In this document: piece by piece, positions 46,001 to 54,461 of the stretch
How positions within the stretch are numbered: position 1 is the stretch's first letter
Layout of the letters: each line of letters starts with the position of its first letter
Source: a virus
Taxonomy: Duplodnaviria; Caudoviricetes
Length of the DNA: 54,461 bases
Reading direction: 5' to 3' (one strand)
Virus record (IMG/VR): IMGVR_UViG_3300022912_000011
Coordinates: 1-54,461 of that record
Program-made: the position numbers and the translations under genes
Notes under the pieces: model-generated
Databases searched by the model: none
What the model saw: the letters and a program-made list of their open reading frames with translations, nothing else
Told to the model about the DNA's origin: nothing

Positions 46001-49000
46001 TACATAACATAGCTCCCGAAGAGCTTCCAAAGCTGGACGAGTTGGATGCTATAATGAAGTCAGAGGAACTTACGATCAATCACATTCTTCATGTCAAGAA
46101 CAAGTTTATGAATCCGACTGAAGATGCGAAGATGATCTCCCTTGACCTTATTCATGCAAAGCGTAAGCATGCCAAGCACGGCAAGCTGGCAGAGCCGGGT
46201 GGAGTCACAGACAGACAGATGATAGAGCAACAGGCCAGAGAAGGATACACCGACTTAATTCCCGGTGTTACCATAAAGGGAACTTCTTCTGACTTGACAA
46301 TGGAACAGCACCTTCAGCAGAGGGTACACGACTTCTATGCCAAGCATGGCCCTGATGCTAATATCGAAGCCCATATAGTAGAAGAAGGACAGGAGCCTGT
46401 GAATGCTCTTCAGAAATTCATTGATGAAGTGCTTATCAGTGGAAGCAATGGAGAGACTTCAGAGAAAGGAAAATTCTGGCCTAAAGCTGCACCGGGTTCT
46501 CCCGGCTATAAGGAATGGTCTGAACTGTTCAAGAAGAAGGCCAAGACAAAAGGATTTGTCAAAGACCATATGAGCGGGCATGATGTTGTGCCTACTGATG
46601 TGGGAGTAAATGGCATGGGGGAAGAGATTACACTGATACAAGTCTTGAAGGCAGGAAAGGATAAGAATGGGGTTGACAAGTTTGATATAATTCAGATATC
46701 ATTAGACCCTAGCACTAGTCCCATGTATCAGATAGATGGAAACATAATCCCGCTAAAGGATAGAATCAAACGCAATTCCAACGGTGAACCTATTGCCGAG
46801 AGGATATACGGAAAGACCGAAGAAAGCATTAATGCTATGAGGCAACAAGCAGAAAATGGTCAAATGGGAATGCGTATGTTGGACGCTGAATCAAACTCTG
46901 GTGGCAGAGGTATAGTCAAGAGAAAAGGCAAAATGACCAAAGAGGAAACTGCTTTAAATCAATCTCTTGAAGATGTACACAATAGGACAAGCAGTACTAG
47001 CTCAAATAAAGCAGAAGTTGACGCAAAAGGTAAGCTAGTCCTTAAGCCACAAGAGAAAACAATAGAGTCTATTCTATATAATGAATTGCCTATGGATGTA
47101 ACTATGGTGATTAACTTGGGCGATCTCAAGAAAGCCGCTACAGCATTGGCAAAGAGTGGGAATAAGAATATAGTAGATTACCTCACTGATACTTTGAGGC
47201 ACGCTCACAAGGAAAAGATGTTTGGAAACAAGTGGGTGCTTGATCGTATGGCATTAGAGAATATAGCTCGTGAGGCCGGAAAGCAGGGTAAGCCGAAGGC
47301 AGTGTTTGAACAGCTACGAGACTTTGGCATTATCACTCAGCTTGTAGATCACGCTGATGGTAGTTCTTACACACGACACATGGGCAAAGGTAAACTTAAA
47401 TCTGTAGGAAAGGGAGCCAAGGAAGGTCAGTCCCTCACTCAGCAGAAGCTCTTTGGTAAGGATAAGAAGAAGGCCGCAGCTAAAGTTGAAGGCAAGAAGA
47501 GAGCTTTGAGTAAAGCAGAGAAGACTGAATATGAGCAACTCACTTCCAAGCATAGCATGCATGGTGAGAAAGCTATGTCTAAGAAAGAGATAGCTAAATT
47601 CAAGAAGTATGAGGAAATCTCTGTAGGTGAGATGGGAGTGAGAAATGATCACACTTACATCTTCAGGCAGGGCAATGCAGAAGCAATTCGTTTAGCTAAT
47701 GAAACTGTGTTGGATGCTACTTCCAATCCTTACCTAGCTTTATATGAGGACGGTTCTATCCCTGATGCTCTGAAAGTCAATGCGTGGTTCAAGCGAATTG
47801 GAGATAAGAATTGGGGTTCCAGAACAGATGATGAACTGATTAAGATTATGACTGAAGCACATAACTTGCCTGATGCAGAGCAGATAGACTTCGATGAGGA
47901 CTTCGTTAAGTTCCTCTTTGAAATGTCTCAGGATATGGATATGGAGATAGTGTTCGCTGAAGGAGCAGACTTCCAGATGCGAGTAAGGAATGAACTTGTT
48001 CGATTGAATGAAGTTCAGAACCTCTCCAAAGCTGAGATACTTCACAGGAAGAGAATGCTTGCCGCCCTGCCGTATATCCGTGCAGTGCAGCATCACAAGG
48101 TAGGTGGAGTTCCTCACGAGGAATGGTACAGGAAAGCTCTAGGACTTATGGCTATCCCTGCTGCCTTCTCGTTTGTAGCTCCTACTGTAGCCCATGCCGC
48201 AGGACAGGTGGGTGCAGGACAAGGTGTGGATATAGTCTATGATGATTCCTACAGTGGATGGGGATGGGGAATGCTGGCTGCTGGTGTAGGCACTTACGCT
48301 GCACTCAGGTATGGCAAAGGCAAGGGACTGTCTCAGTATGTAGGACGTAGTCTAAAGAATAAGGTGAGTGAGATTAAGAAGGCTCATAAGATGGAGAAGA
48401 AGGTTGTAAGCATCAAGGAGCTTTCTGAGACACAGGCACAGGAGTTGACCTACCTCAACGATGCACTTCAGTTCAATGCTGAGATCAAGGCACTGGACGA
48501 TGCGTACTCCAAAGCAAAGCATGTGGATACGCCTGAATTCCAAGAACTGAAGAAGAGGTACACCGAACTGATCGGAGTAGACCCCGACAACGTAAGCATG
48601 AATGAGGTCTATCAGACATTTGGCAACATCTCCAAGATGTATGCGGCTCATAGTGGAAAGCCTCTGAAGGCTAACGCAAAGGACATGGGAGTTTACATAG
48701 AGAATATCTATACTCCGTGGCTGGTAGCGAAGGTTCATCCAGAAGTATTCCCTTATGTTGCGGCTAATATGTCAAGGACTGTGACGGAGAACCGTTGGTT
48801 GGCTGAGATGTTTTCTCAGTTGCCTACTGTCTTTTCAATCACTCATAAGAAACATGGTCTGGACAAAACAACCATGCAACATATTGATAACGCTATATAT
48901 AAATATGTGAATGGAAATGAATGGAACAATGCTACTCAGGAGAAGGTCAGGAAGTTTCTGATGGAGAGAGATATTTCTGCTTCCAATCCGCTAGACAAAG

Positions 49001-51801
49001 CCGGATATGTGCCCGATGAAGCCAACGTTGACTTAGCTATGCAAGCTATAGATGAGATGGTTGGCGTGCTTAACGGTAAGGTGGAAGCCCTGAAACAGAG
49101 TAGGATGAAGCCTGAGTTCAGAGCTAAGTATAGTAAGCGTAAGGGCAATACTGTTTACTTTCCAGAAGATCGTGGTAAGGGAGACTACATCATGTTCCTC
49201 TATGACGATCCTGCTATGACACAAGCTGTAAGGGAAACTGGCGCACCCACAGGAGAGAAAGGATTACTCTACTGGCGCAGGTTTGAGAAGCCTCCTAGTG
49301 CTGAAGAAAAGAAGAAAGCATTTAGGGCTGCCAAAGCTGAGTGGAGAGCAAATGGAACCGAGAAGGGACAGGCGAACTATGCCGCTATGGAGAAGATGCA
49401 TGAGATAGAGGATTTCTCCACTGTTAATGTCAAGTCTAGTAGGGACATTATGAACAATGACACTAATGCAGTGATCTCTAACCTTATACATATATCCGAG
49501 GAAAAGGCTAGGGGAGCCGCAGACGCAGCTAGGAATTTAAAGAGAGCTTCTTCTATTGATGGAATGAATAAGAAATCTGAGGACTTCAAAGCCTCTGCTG
49601 CCCAACTTAAAGAGTGGGCTAACAGTGATATAGGAGTACACACTATCTCTGCGGCAGACGGCAAGAACTATCAGATTGATTGGCGGGAATTGACAGACAT
49701 TCCCGGCTTTGAGCATGTGAATGCTATTGAGAACTTCATCAAGAATGCTAGAGGTAATGCTGCTGCTACTGCCCGTAAAGCGCAGATAGATATGTACAAG
49801 AAAGCAGACGATGTGTTTCTGATGTCTGCTGCTAGGAATAATAATAATACTGCGAACTGGCTGAAGAAGCACAAGAAGTTTGCACTGTATGGCCCTGACA
49901 GTCACAGGACTGCTAAGTGGGTAGGACGTTTGAAGTACTTGTTCTACATGACTCAGCTTTCCCTGAACGTGGCTAGCCCTATCATTAACATGACAGGTAT
50001 AGGCACAATCGTACCACAGGAGCTTACAAAGAGAGCAAGGGCAATGGGAGTCCATGATAGGTTTGTCTCCACGAGATTACTTGGAGCGGCTATCAAAGAC
50101 CTCGGAGCTAATATAAAGACAGTGGCTAGGCTAGGGAAAGATCAACCGCTTCCTAATTGGGAGCATAGTTCTTTCGTAACAGATGAGAAGAATCTACTGC
50201 AACGTCTTGCTGTTGAAGGACATACAGGACAGACACTTGCTACAGAGTTCTCACCTGATATAGCTGAAGTAGCTGTTGGTCAAGGAAGATGGACTGCTAA
50301 CACAGACCAAGGGTTCTTCAAGGATAAGCTTGCTGCCTTAGATTTCTATGGCACATGGTTATTCAGTAAGTCAGAAGAAACCGTGCGTAATGCTTCGTCA
50401 CTGGCGGCATGGAGATTAGAGAAGAAAGCTAATCCTGCTCTGGTGTCTGAGATCAAGACAGGTAAATGGGGGCCACAACAGGAAGGTGCTTATCAGCGTG
50501 TGGTTGGAATGAACACGAATGTAAACATTGATTACAATCCGTGGAACAGGCCGGGTGGAGCCGCTAGTCTTAGTGGTATCTTCAGCCCTATCTTTACTTT
50601 TAGAAGCTTCATGCTCAACTACTTACACACACTGGCTCTCCATTTTGATGAGGCTATCAAGATTGGAGCGGCAGGTAGGAAGTTAGAGCCTTCTACCATG
50701 AGTGCGCCAGCGTACCATGCCAAGAAGGTAGGAGCGGCTGTTGAGTCTCTCGGAAGCAAGGAGTACAGAAAGCAGTTCATGGCTAATATGAAACCTGTGG
50801 CACAGATGCTTATGGGTGTAACCTTGTTTGGTGGTATGCAAGCCTTACCGGGAGCCGACTATATAGAAGAAGCTGTGGCACAAGACCATGTCCCTACTCC
50901 GTGGGGAATGCCAGATATTCCGATACCTGCCCTGAGTGCAATACTGCCGGGAGGTTCTGGAATCAGACCTTCACAAGCGGCTGACATGTGGTTGACTGAT
51001 GCACTTGGAGAGTCTGGACACTGGATATCTGAAGCCTTGACTAAGGGAGTGCCGGGATTGTTGGGAGCAGTAGGGATAGATAACTTCCCTGTAATGACCA
51101 ACGCTCTCAGGATTGAAACTCCTATGTCTGCTACTGACTTACTTGGAATGACAGGCACATATGCTGAACAGATAAGTGATTGGAAGCAGAACGCTTCTAC
51201 CACAATGAGACAGGCTATTAGGAATCCCGGTATGTATCACCCGATGGAAAATCCTAAAGCTTGGGCTGATCTTCTGATTCAGTCTAATCCTGTAGTACCA
51301 AGGGGTGTCAAGAAGGGCTTAGGGTTTGGAGCCAGAGCCGTAGAGAAAGCAATAACAGGCTCTTCTCCTGAACTGACTAAGGGTGGCAGTATTCGTACTG
51401 GCCCTGATGGTAGGCCGATTGACCCCACACTTGGAGAACTGATTACTAGCGCATTTGCTTTTAATCCTTACACTAAGAACAAGAGGATAGAACAGAGGAC
51501 ACTGAGATATGATCTAGAGAAGTGGAAGAAGGGTGTAAGGCAACCGATCATTGATGATTATCAGAAGGCGGCTGCCAAGAGAGACACTAAGAAACTACGC
51601 TACATCAGAAGTAAGATGATTCCAGACTACAACAGAATGATCAATGACATGTCGAAGAAGCGCAAGTTGCGTAGCTTCAATACGTTGCAGATCACTCAGA
51701 GGAATCTGGATGCGGCTCTCAAGAACAATCAGTGGACGAAGGATATATCCGCACTGGCAAGAGAAGTGGACAGGAGAAGGTATAATGACAAGGGTAGATA
51801 A
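43000..51801 (+). CDS. Giant internal virion (ejection) protein, large polyvalent-type
   Basis: 2933 aa; C-terminal N.DY...NRP...F.F..F and G..ALPG motifs seen in large podovirus ejection proteins. Confidence 0.75.
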   Translation: MPKSMMPLSSLDDYNKKLRNMMMEGLSYDQAQASLHTDSGQHEPGDFAIDTADLMAGDEVHIQQGENKHRFPLVQREDGDGFTVYNEGEEVPIQQFVQNNVLDGGISFHRSNTVRNLHSQEPPVTDDEFQGHMGQSVGGFDQSLNDLDFTSMTSEDLAKIRSGMDREKMPWGLDYMINGTEDQEYSDFLKANGVELPFSESAAAIQEDIGNTVVHGGDWAGTFAKEVGRRVSSLFDGVSGDQAVALQQFWEEKPGEEDWMEKKQGLDTGGIWGSFAAGAMRSVGVREPLHEFEPVTPVEQITGLLGEVFGWGAGWLALRGAGKAIAKPLIEKSLASTSTKLLPRILRESAAKGEKYFTGKALTRLQQTNGKEFIKLLHNPNIEVGLAKASKDIRAGVKMQLVKKGTQKLAKQEGATELLEHVTTLGAGQLYEQVIEVVDAFTGGQWNPALAAGIGLTYMIDIPFDRKGRIKKTFDQAYVGKQSLKKYKEEWISLARKNNELGLVDPMLLDRLEKMKPQAWLDLARPLGVHIKKNMAHVLNLNDLDNALIEAQSGAQIYRDLGKGIGMTVKEMDEGMNYDQYLPDPVVDFLKREIPESQMPVNGMTGYDRKAKSVEYLVMQMNRLKDTNKKNGFEHVKKGEDLRQEMIQAMKNGELTPNGNRYVNNTLKHNPIDMYYQPDDAALAWKGIKQGFTGTMVEGDNPMFKARYTILSQDTRQAGTAILGAFAQKIGKRQAEVQESQGIPAHTSILEDKVIYDEGQAVRVRTIQDHISGERKVHEQAIGTEKAHRKSVKDKLKKTNKSATKHAEGMDESHRMDTESLPSNILNSGKEHGTLMDNYYNLVTDQWVRMMETMEALRPNKKGNLLSRVMGVVDPATDSQTQLNDIMAGIKNVFGEHADGELIDVDGFTKRVMEKFFNGTPEADFLNTMEALELQLHDLLAKHTVRNMDDVARGMLSGLPAHELAYMSFDGRLGDVSNNAKFINQVKDDWSVYKRFMEEKLHNIAPEELPKLDELDAIMKSEELTINHILHVKNKFMNPTEDAKMISLDLIHAKRKHAKHGKLAEPGGVTDRQMIEQQAREGYTDLIPGVTIKGTSSDLTMEQHLQQRVHDFYAKHGPDANIEAHIVEEGQEPVNALQKFIDEVLISGSNGETSEKGKFWPKAAPGSPGYKEWSELFKKKAKTKGFVKDHMSGHDVVPTDVGVNGMGEEITLIQVLKAGKDKNGVDKFDIIQISLDPSTSPMYQIDGNIIPLKDRIKRNSNGEPIAERIYGKTEESINAMRQQAENGQMGMRMLDAESNSGGRGIVKRKGKMTKEETALNQSLEDVHNRTSSTSSNKAEVDAKGKLVLKPQEKTIESILYNELPMDVTMVINLGDLKKAATALAKSGNKNIVDYLTDTLRHAHKEKMFGNKWVLDRMALENIAREAGKQGKPKAVFEQLRDFGIITQLVDHADGSSYTRHMGKGKLKSVGKGAKEGQSLTQQKLFGKDKKKAAAKVEGKKRALSKAEKTEYEQLTSKHSMHGEKAMSKKEIAKFKKYEEISVGEMGVRNDHTYIFRQGNAEAIRLANETVLDATSNPYLALYEDGSIPDALKVNAWFKRIGDKNWGSRTDDELIKIMTEAHNLPDAEQIDFDEDFVKFLFEMSQDMDMEIVFAEGADFQMRVRNELVRLNEVQNLSKAEILHRKRMLAALPYIRAVQHHKVGGVPHEEWYRKALGLMAIPAAFSFVAPTVAHAAGQVGAGQGVDIVYDDSYSGWGWGMLAAGVGTYAALRYGKGKGLSQYVGRSLKNKVSEIKKAHKMEKKVVSIKELSETQAQELTYLNDALQFNAEIKALDDAYSKAKHVDTPEFQELKKRYTELIGVDPDNVSMNEVYQTFGNISKMYAAHSGKPLKANAKDMGVYIENIYTPWLVAKVHPEVFPYVAANMSRTVTENRWLAEMFSQLPTVFSITHKKHGLDKTTMQHIDNAIYKYVNGNEWNNATQEKVRKFLMERDISASNPLDKAGYVPDEANVDLAMQAIDEMVGVLNGKVEALKQSRMKPEFRAKYSKRKGNTVYFPEDRGKGDYIMFLYDDPAMTQAVRETGAPTGEKGLLYWRRFEKPPSAEEKKKAFRAAKAEWRANGTEKGQANYAAMEKMHEIEDFSTVNVKSSRDIMNNDTNAVISNLIHISEEKARGAADAARNLKRASSIDGMNKKSEDFKASAAQLKEWANSDIGVHTISAADGKNYQIDWRELTDIPGFEHVNAIENFIKNARGNAAATARKAQIDMYKKADDVFLMSAARNNNNTANWLKKHKKFALYGPDSHRTAKWVGRLKYLFYMTQLSLNVASPIINMTGIGTIVPQELTKRARAMGVHDRFVSTRLLGAAIKDLGANIKTVARLGKDQPLPNWEHSSFVTDEKNLLQRLAVEGHTGQTLATEFSPDIAEVAVGQGRWTANTDQGFFKDKLAALDFYGTWLFSKSEETVRNASSLAAWRLEKKANPALVSEIKTGKWGPQQEGAYQRVVGMNTNVNIDYNPWNRPGGAASLSGIFSPIFTFRSFMLNYLHTLALHFDEAIKIGAAGRKLEPSTMSAPAYHAKKVGAAVESLGSKEYRKQFMANMKPVAQMLMGVTLFGGMQALPGADYIEEAVAQDHVPTPWGMPDIPIPALSAILPGGSGIRPSQAADMWLTDALGESGHWISEALTKGVPGLLGAVGIDNFPVMTNALRIETPMSATDLLGMTGTYAEQISDWKQNASTTMRQAIRNPGMYHPMENPKAWADLLIQSNPVVPRGVKKGLGFGARAVEKAITGSSPELTKGGSIRTGPDGRPIDPTLGELITSAFAFNPYTKNKRIEQRTLRYDLEKWKKGVRQPIIDDYQKAAAKRDTKKLRYIRSKMIPDYNRMINDMSKKRKLRSFNTLQITQRNLDAALKNNQWTKDISALAREVDRRRYNDKGR

Positions 51802-51866
51802 TATGGATGTGGATGGTGAATACTTTTCGCATGAGAAGATGATAAGGACGAAAGGAAGGAAACCTT

Positions 51867-52316
51867 ATGCAGTTACAAAACGTGTTCGTACCTCTAAAGA
51901 TAAGGAAAGGAAAAAATTACGAGAGGATAAAACGAGAGCTAGAGAGTGGTAATCTGCACCCAAAGGTTATGTTGATGTTGTATGACGTAGGCTATTGGGT
52001 CTGGCGTAAACACCACAAAGCTATCTATGTAACTCATGCTTACCGATCTCAGAAAAAGCAGGAAGAGATATACGGTAAGGGGACTTCGAAGAAGAGTTCT
52101 CATATGTATTGGAGGGCGGTGGACATTATAGTGGACGGGGCTGATGATGCTCTGTACCGTGAGATGGAAGCTTACCTTGATGGAAGGTATCCGTATCATG
52201 GGAGTGAGGGGTATTCAACTTCAGACCCACACGATGTAGGACTTGGAATGCATTTGCATATTCAGGTAGGATACAATGAGCCTTTCAATAAAGGCTTCTT
52301 TGAAAAAAGGTCTTGA
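51867..52316 (+). CDS. Endolysin, peptidase M15-like (Zn D-Ala-D-Ala peptidase fold)
   Basis: VTHAYRS..Q, SSHMYWRAVD, HLHIQ. Confidence 0.85.
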   Translation: MQLQNVFVPLKIRKGKNYERIKRELESGNLHPKVMLMLYDVGYWVWRKHHKAIYVTHAYRSQKKQEEIYGKGTSKKSSHMYWRAVDIIVDGADDALYREMEAYLDGRYPYHGSEGYSTSDPHDVGLGMHLHIQVGYNEPFNKGFFEKRS

Positions 52317-52341
52317 CATTTCTATAACAATGTGTTATATT
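52313..52341 (+). promoter_or_regulatory. Sigma70-type promoter
   Basis: TTGACA, 17 nt ending TGTGT, TATATT. Confidence 0.8.
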
Positions 52342-52364
52342 GCATCCCTCATAAGGAGAGTATT

Positions 52365-52481
52365 ATGTTTAAGATTTTTAAGTATATCTGGATAGGTATT
52401 ACCTATGCACCAACCGTGATCAGGGCTATAGGCCAGATCAAATCCGCAGCAAAAGAATTAACTGACAAGGAGGAAGAATGA
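52365..52481 (+). CDS. Small amphipathic peptide (38 aa)
   Basis: Not in ORF track: MFKIFKYIWIGITYAPTVIRAIGQIKSAAKELTDKEEE; TAAGGAG SD. Confidence 0.65.
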   Translation: MFKIFKYIWIGITYAPTVIRAIGQIKSAAKELTDKEEE

Positions 52482-52672
52482 ACTGGATTGACATTATGAA
52501 GTTCCTTTCGCAGTTTGATATGAAAGAGGTATCGAAGCTGGCAAAGGAAGTGAAGGATGTCGTAGCCGTAGTCGAGAAGCTGAAAGCACCGGGAGGCACT
52601 AAGAAGGAAACAGTGGAACTCTTGCGTGAACTTTCACAGGCATTGAACGCTACAGCAGACGTACTGGACTAA
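52478..52672 (+). CDS. Small amphipathic helical protein
   Basis: 64 aa, AAGGAGG SD, ATGA overlap. Confidence 0.7.
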   Translation: MNWIDIMKFLSQFDMKEVSKLAKEVKDVVAVVEKLKAPGGTKKETVELLRELSQALNATADVLD

Positions 52673-52674
52673 AC

Positions 52675-52719
52675 AAAAAAAGGTAGCTCCTATTAATCTA
52701 GGAGCTACCTTTTTTTTTT
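52675..52719. terminator. Bidirectional intrinsic terminator
   Basis: A-run + AGGTAGCTCCTA / TAGGAGCTACCT + T-run between convergent genes. Confidence 0.9.
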
Positions 52720-52957
52720 ATGCTTTTAAACTTCTTAAAGATTTCTTTATTAATCCCCACAAGTATCCTTTCCGATAATGATCTAAAACTACTCCTGCTT
52801 TTTTAAAACAGCCTTCTCCTTTTTCAACCTGAACCTTGTAATGTCCATAATAAGGACTATTCTTGTGGTTGCCTGTATTGGTAATAGTCATAACATCTAG
52901 AACTTCTTTCTTCTCTTCATTTCCAAAAGGCACAAGTTCAATCGTTACTCTTAGCAT
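52718..52957 (-). CDS. Hypothetical protein
   Basis: 79 aa, GAGGGA SD. Confidence 0.7.
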   Translation of the reverse strand: MLRVTIELVPFGNEEKKEVLDVMTITNTGNHKNSPYYGHYKVQVEKGEGCFKKAGVVLDHYRKGYLWGLIKKSLRSLKA

Positions 52958-53132
52958 TTCTTCCCTCTTTCAATTTAACAGTAACAGGTTCTTTCTTTAA
53001 AGGACACTCCCCCGGACTTCCTCCTTCTCGACTATATGGGTATTTTCCGGGATGTAGTTTAGGTTTTGCCTTGCATTGGATAGTGTCATAATCAAAAGGA
53101 CAATTAACACATCCTACTATTTCTATAATCAT
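52938..53132 (-). CDS. Small Cys-rich protein
   Basis: CVNCPF...C...CPLK; GGAGG SD. Confidence 0.65.
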   Translation of the reverse strand: MIIEIVGCVNCPFDYDTIQCKAKPKLHPGKYPYSREGGSPGECPLKKEPVTVKLKEGRNAKSND

Positions 53133-53308
53133 TTTCTTTCCTCCAAAATCTCCTGCCCTATCCGCATCAGTTCCATGATTATATTCCCTAACTCATCATA
53201 ATCGAATATGTATTCTGTCGCATGATAGCCATCATCTGTTGTTATAGCAATTTTATCTTCTTTCCTGTCTATTGTCATGCCATAATTAACACTTCCAAAA
53301 TTTTTCAT
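53129..53308 (-). CDS. Hypothetical protein
   Basis: Start MKNFG after GGAGGGG. Confidence 0.6.
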   Translation of the reverse strand: MKNFGSVNYGMTIDRKEDKIAITTDDGYHATEYIFDYDELGNIIMELMRIGQEILEERK

Positions 53309-53429
53309 ATCCCCTCCAATATTTGTCCTCATCACAGGCTTGTCATTAAACGATCAGTATGTCCCCTATGGTTGGGGTAGGGTAAAGAACGATCTCTTTG
53401 TCACGAGCTTCCAGTAAAGCCCTGTGGCA

Positions 53430-54017
53430 TTATAGCTTCACAAGTACGTCTGCCTCTCGTGCAATCAGTACATTATGGGTATTTATCCAGAATTGTACAT
53501 GAAATGTCTCTGACAAGTACTTCAAGAACTCCATCATCTGAGGAATTCTCTTTCCATGTACACCGGAGAAAGGCTCATCTAAAACAATCAGTGCATCTGT
53601 TGGTTCGTGTTGGATGAGCCAGAAGGAAATCCTAAAGGCAAATCCAATTGCTTCCAAGAATCCATCTCCCGTATCATCGGTGAGACTGAACGATTCGTTA
53701 TTGACTTGTAGTACAGTAGCAAGGTTTGGCTTACCGTAAGATGTCCCCGGCACAAGTTCAAAATGCAAGTCTTCTCCATCGGTTCTAAAGAATTGTAAAG
53801 CCTTTTCGACCAACGATGAGAGGGAATTGATCTTATCAGACTTTCTACTTTCAATGATCGCATTTGTAATCTCCCTCATTTGTTTAAAAGATTTCTGTTG
53901 ATGCTCTAAAGACTTTCTTAATCTTGCAACTTCTTTCAAATCTTGTTTAGCTTTCTTAGCTAATGCTGCGTTGAGAGAATGTTTATCTACTATCTCTCTA
54001 ATTCTCGATGATGTCAT
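53430..54017 (-). CDS. SbcC/Rad50-like ABC ATPase, C-terminal half
   Basis: Coiled coil, signature-like TGDG, Walker B/D-loop LIVLDEPFSGV, H-loop INTH; no Walker A. Confidence 0.82.
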   Translation of the reverse strand: MTSSRIREIVDKHSLNAALAKKAKQDLKEVARLRKSLEHQQKSFKQMREITNAIIESRKSDKINSLSSLVEKALQFFRTDGEDLHFELVPGTSYGKPNLATVLQVNNESFSLTDDTGDGFLEAIGFAFRISFWLIQHEPTDALIVLDEPFSGVHGKRIPQMMEFLKYLSETFHVQFWINTHNVLIAREADVLVKL

Positions 54018-54138
54018 TTGTTTTAGCAATGAAGTCCTCCAACTCTTCAGATAGGCGGCTGATCACTCCATCTGTCTTGGCCTTCAGTTTGTGCAGTTCC
54101 AATAGTCTAGCCTCTGCCTTCTCTGCTATATCTGTCAT
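53998..54138 (-). CDS. Small coiled-coil protein
   Basis: 46 aa from MTDIAE; GGAG SD-like. Confidence 0.5.
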   Translation of the reverse strand: MTDIAEKAEARLLELHKLKAKTDGVISRLSEELEDFIAKTNDIIEN

Positions 54139-54461
54139 GTTCTCATCTTCTCCAATTCTTCTAGTTTGTTCCACAGCCATGAGTAGGCCATGCCATCCAT
54201 ATCAGATTTTACTAACTCCATCTTCTCTCTGAGTAGTTTGATAACAGATTCGTTGGAGTTATCTTTCACTTGCTCCTTGACTCCCTCTGCTATCTTCTTC
54301 ATCTCTTTATCTTCTTTAAGCTTCTCCCAATGAGCCATCTTGATATTCATCTTACTTTCCAAGAAGTGCCTGTTCCATATCATAGTCTCCGTATCTACTA
54401 TAACTACATGTGGTCTATGGTCTTTAGCACTGATGCCAGTACGAACCAGTGGCCCTGTGTT
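54135..54461 (-). CDS. Partial SbcD/Mre11-like nuclease (C-terminal part)
   Basis: Frame open to the window edge: NTGPLVRTGISAKDHRPHVVIVDT resembles the NPGS..R.....H.P motif; adjacent to Rad50-like gene. Confidence 0.65.
   Translation of the reverse strand, partial: NTGPLVRTGISAKDHRPHVVIVDTETMIWNRHFLESKMNIKMAHWEKLKEDKEMKKIAEGVKEQVKDNSNESVIKLLREKMELVKSDMDGMAYSWLWNKLEELEKMRT

Noticed and set aside
43000-51801. Virion RNA polymerase (N4- or crAss-like)
   Set aside because: No DxDGD/DFDID or T7-type catalytic motifs recognised, and the genome uses host-type sigma70 promoters.
51644-51952. 102-aa ORF bridging the giant gene and the endolysin
   Set aside because: Overlaps two supported genes in another frame; a short version from 51804 cannot be excluded but has no support.
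1-54461. Stop-codon reassignment, or a prophage/integration module
   Set aside because: Long genes are intact in code 11 with all three stops in use; no integrase, repressor or host genes were seen.

Overview
The window is most of a tailed dsDNA phage genome with podovirus-like architecture, in standard code. No integrase, tRNA or CRISPR array is visible. The left part (1-16.9 kb, mostly minus strand) carries early and replication genes: a UDG-like N-terminus cut by the window edge, DnaB-like and SNF2 helicases, an Rnl2-like ligase, a primase and many small ORFs. It also holds a compact operon that looks like a complete phage-encoded ubiquitin-like conjugation system: coiled-coil/E2-like protein, JAB peptidase, small ORF, ThiF-like E1, and a tandem di-Ubl whose domains both end in AKGN, followed by a structured RNA element. 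A repeat-rich non-coding region (16.9-17.5 kb) separates this from a long plus-strand late region: terminase, portal, scaffold, major capsid, adaptor and nozzle, three ejection-type proteins (one of 2933 aa) and an M15 endolysin. Four genes in the virion module encode Sec signal peptides and carry many D-(S/T)-(A/I/L/V/M/T) motifs, the Bacteroidota-type O-glycosylation sequon. The right end carries the 3' parts of an Mre11/Rad50 (SbcD/SbcC)-like module. All calls come from reading motifs by eye; no database searches were run.
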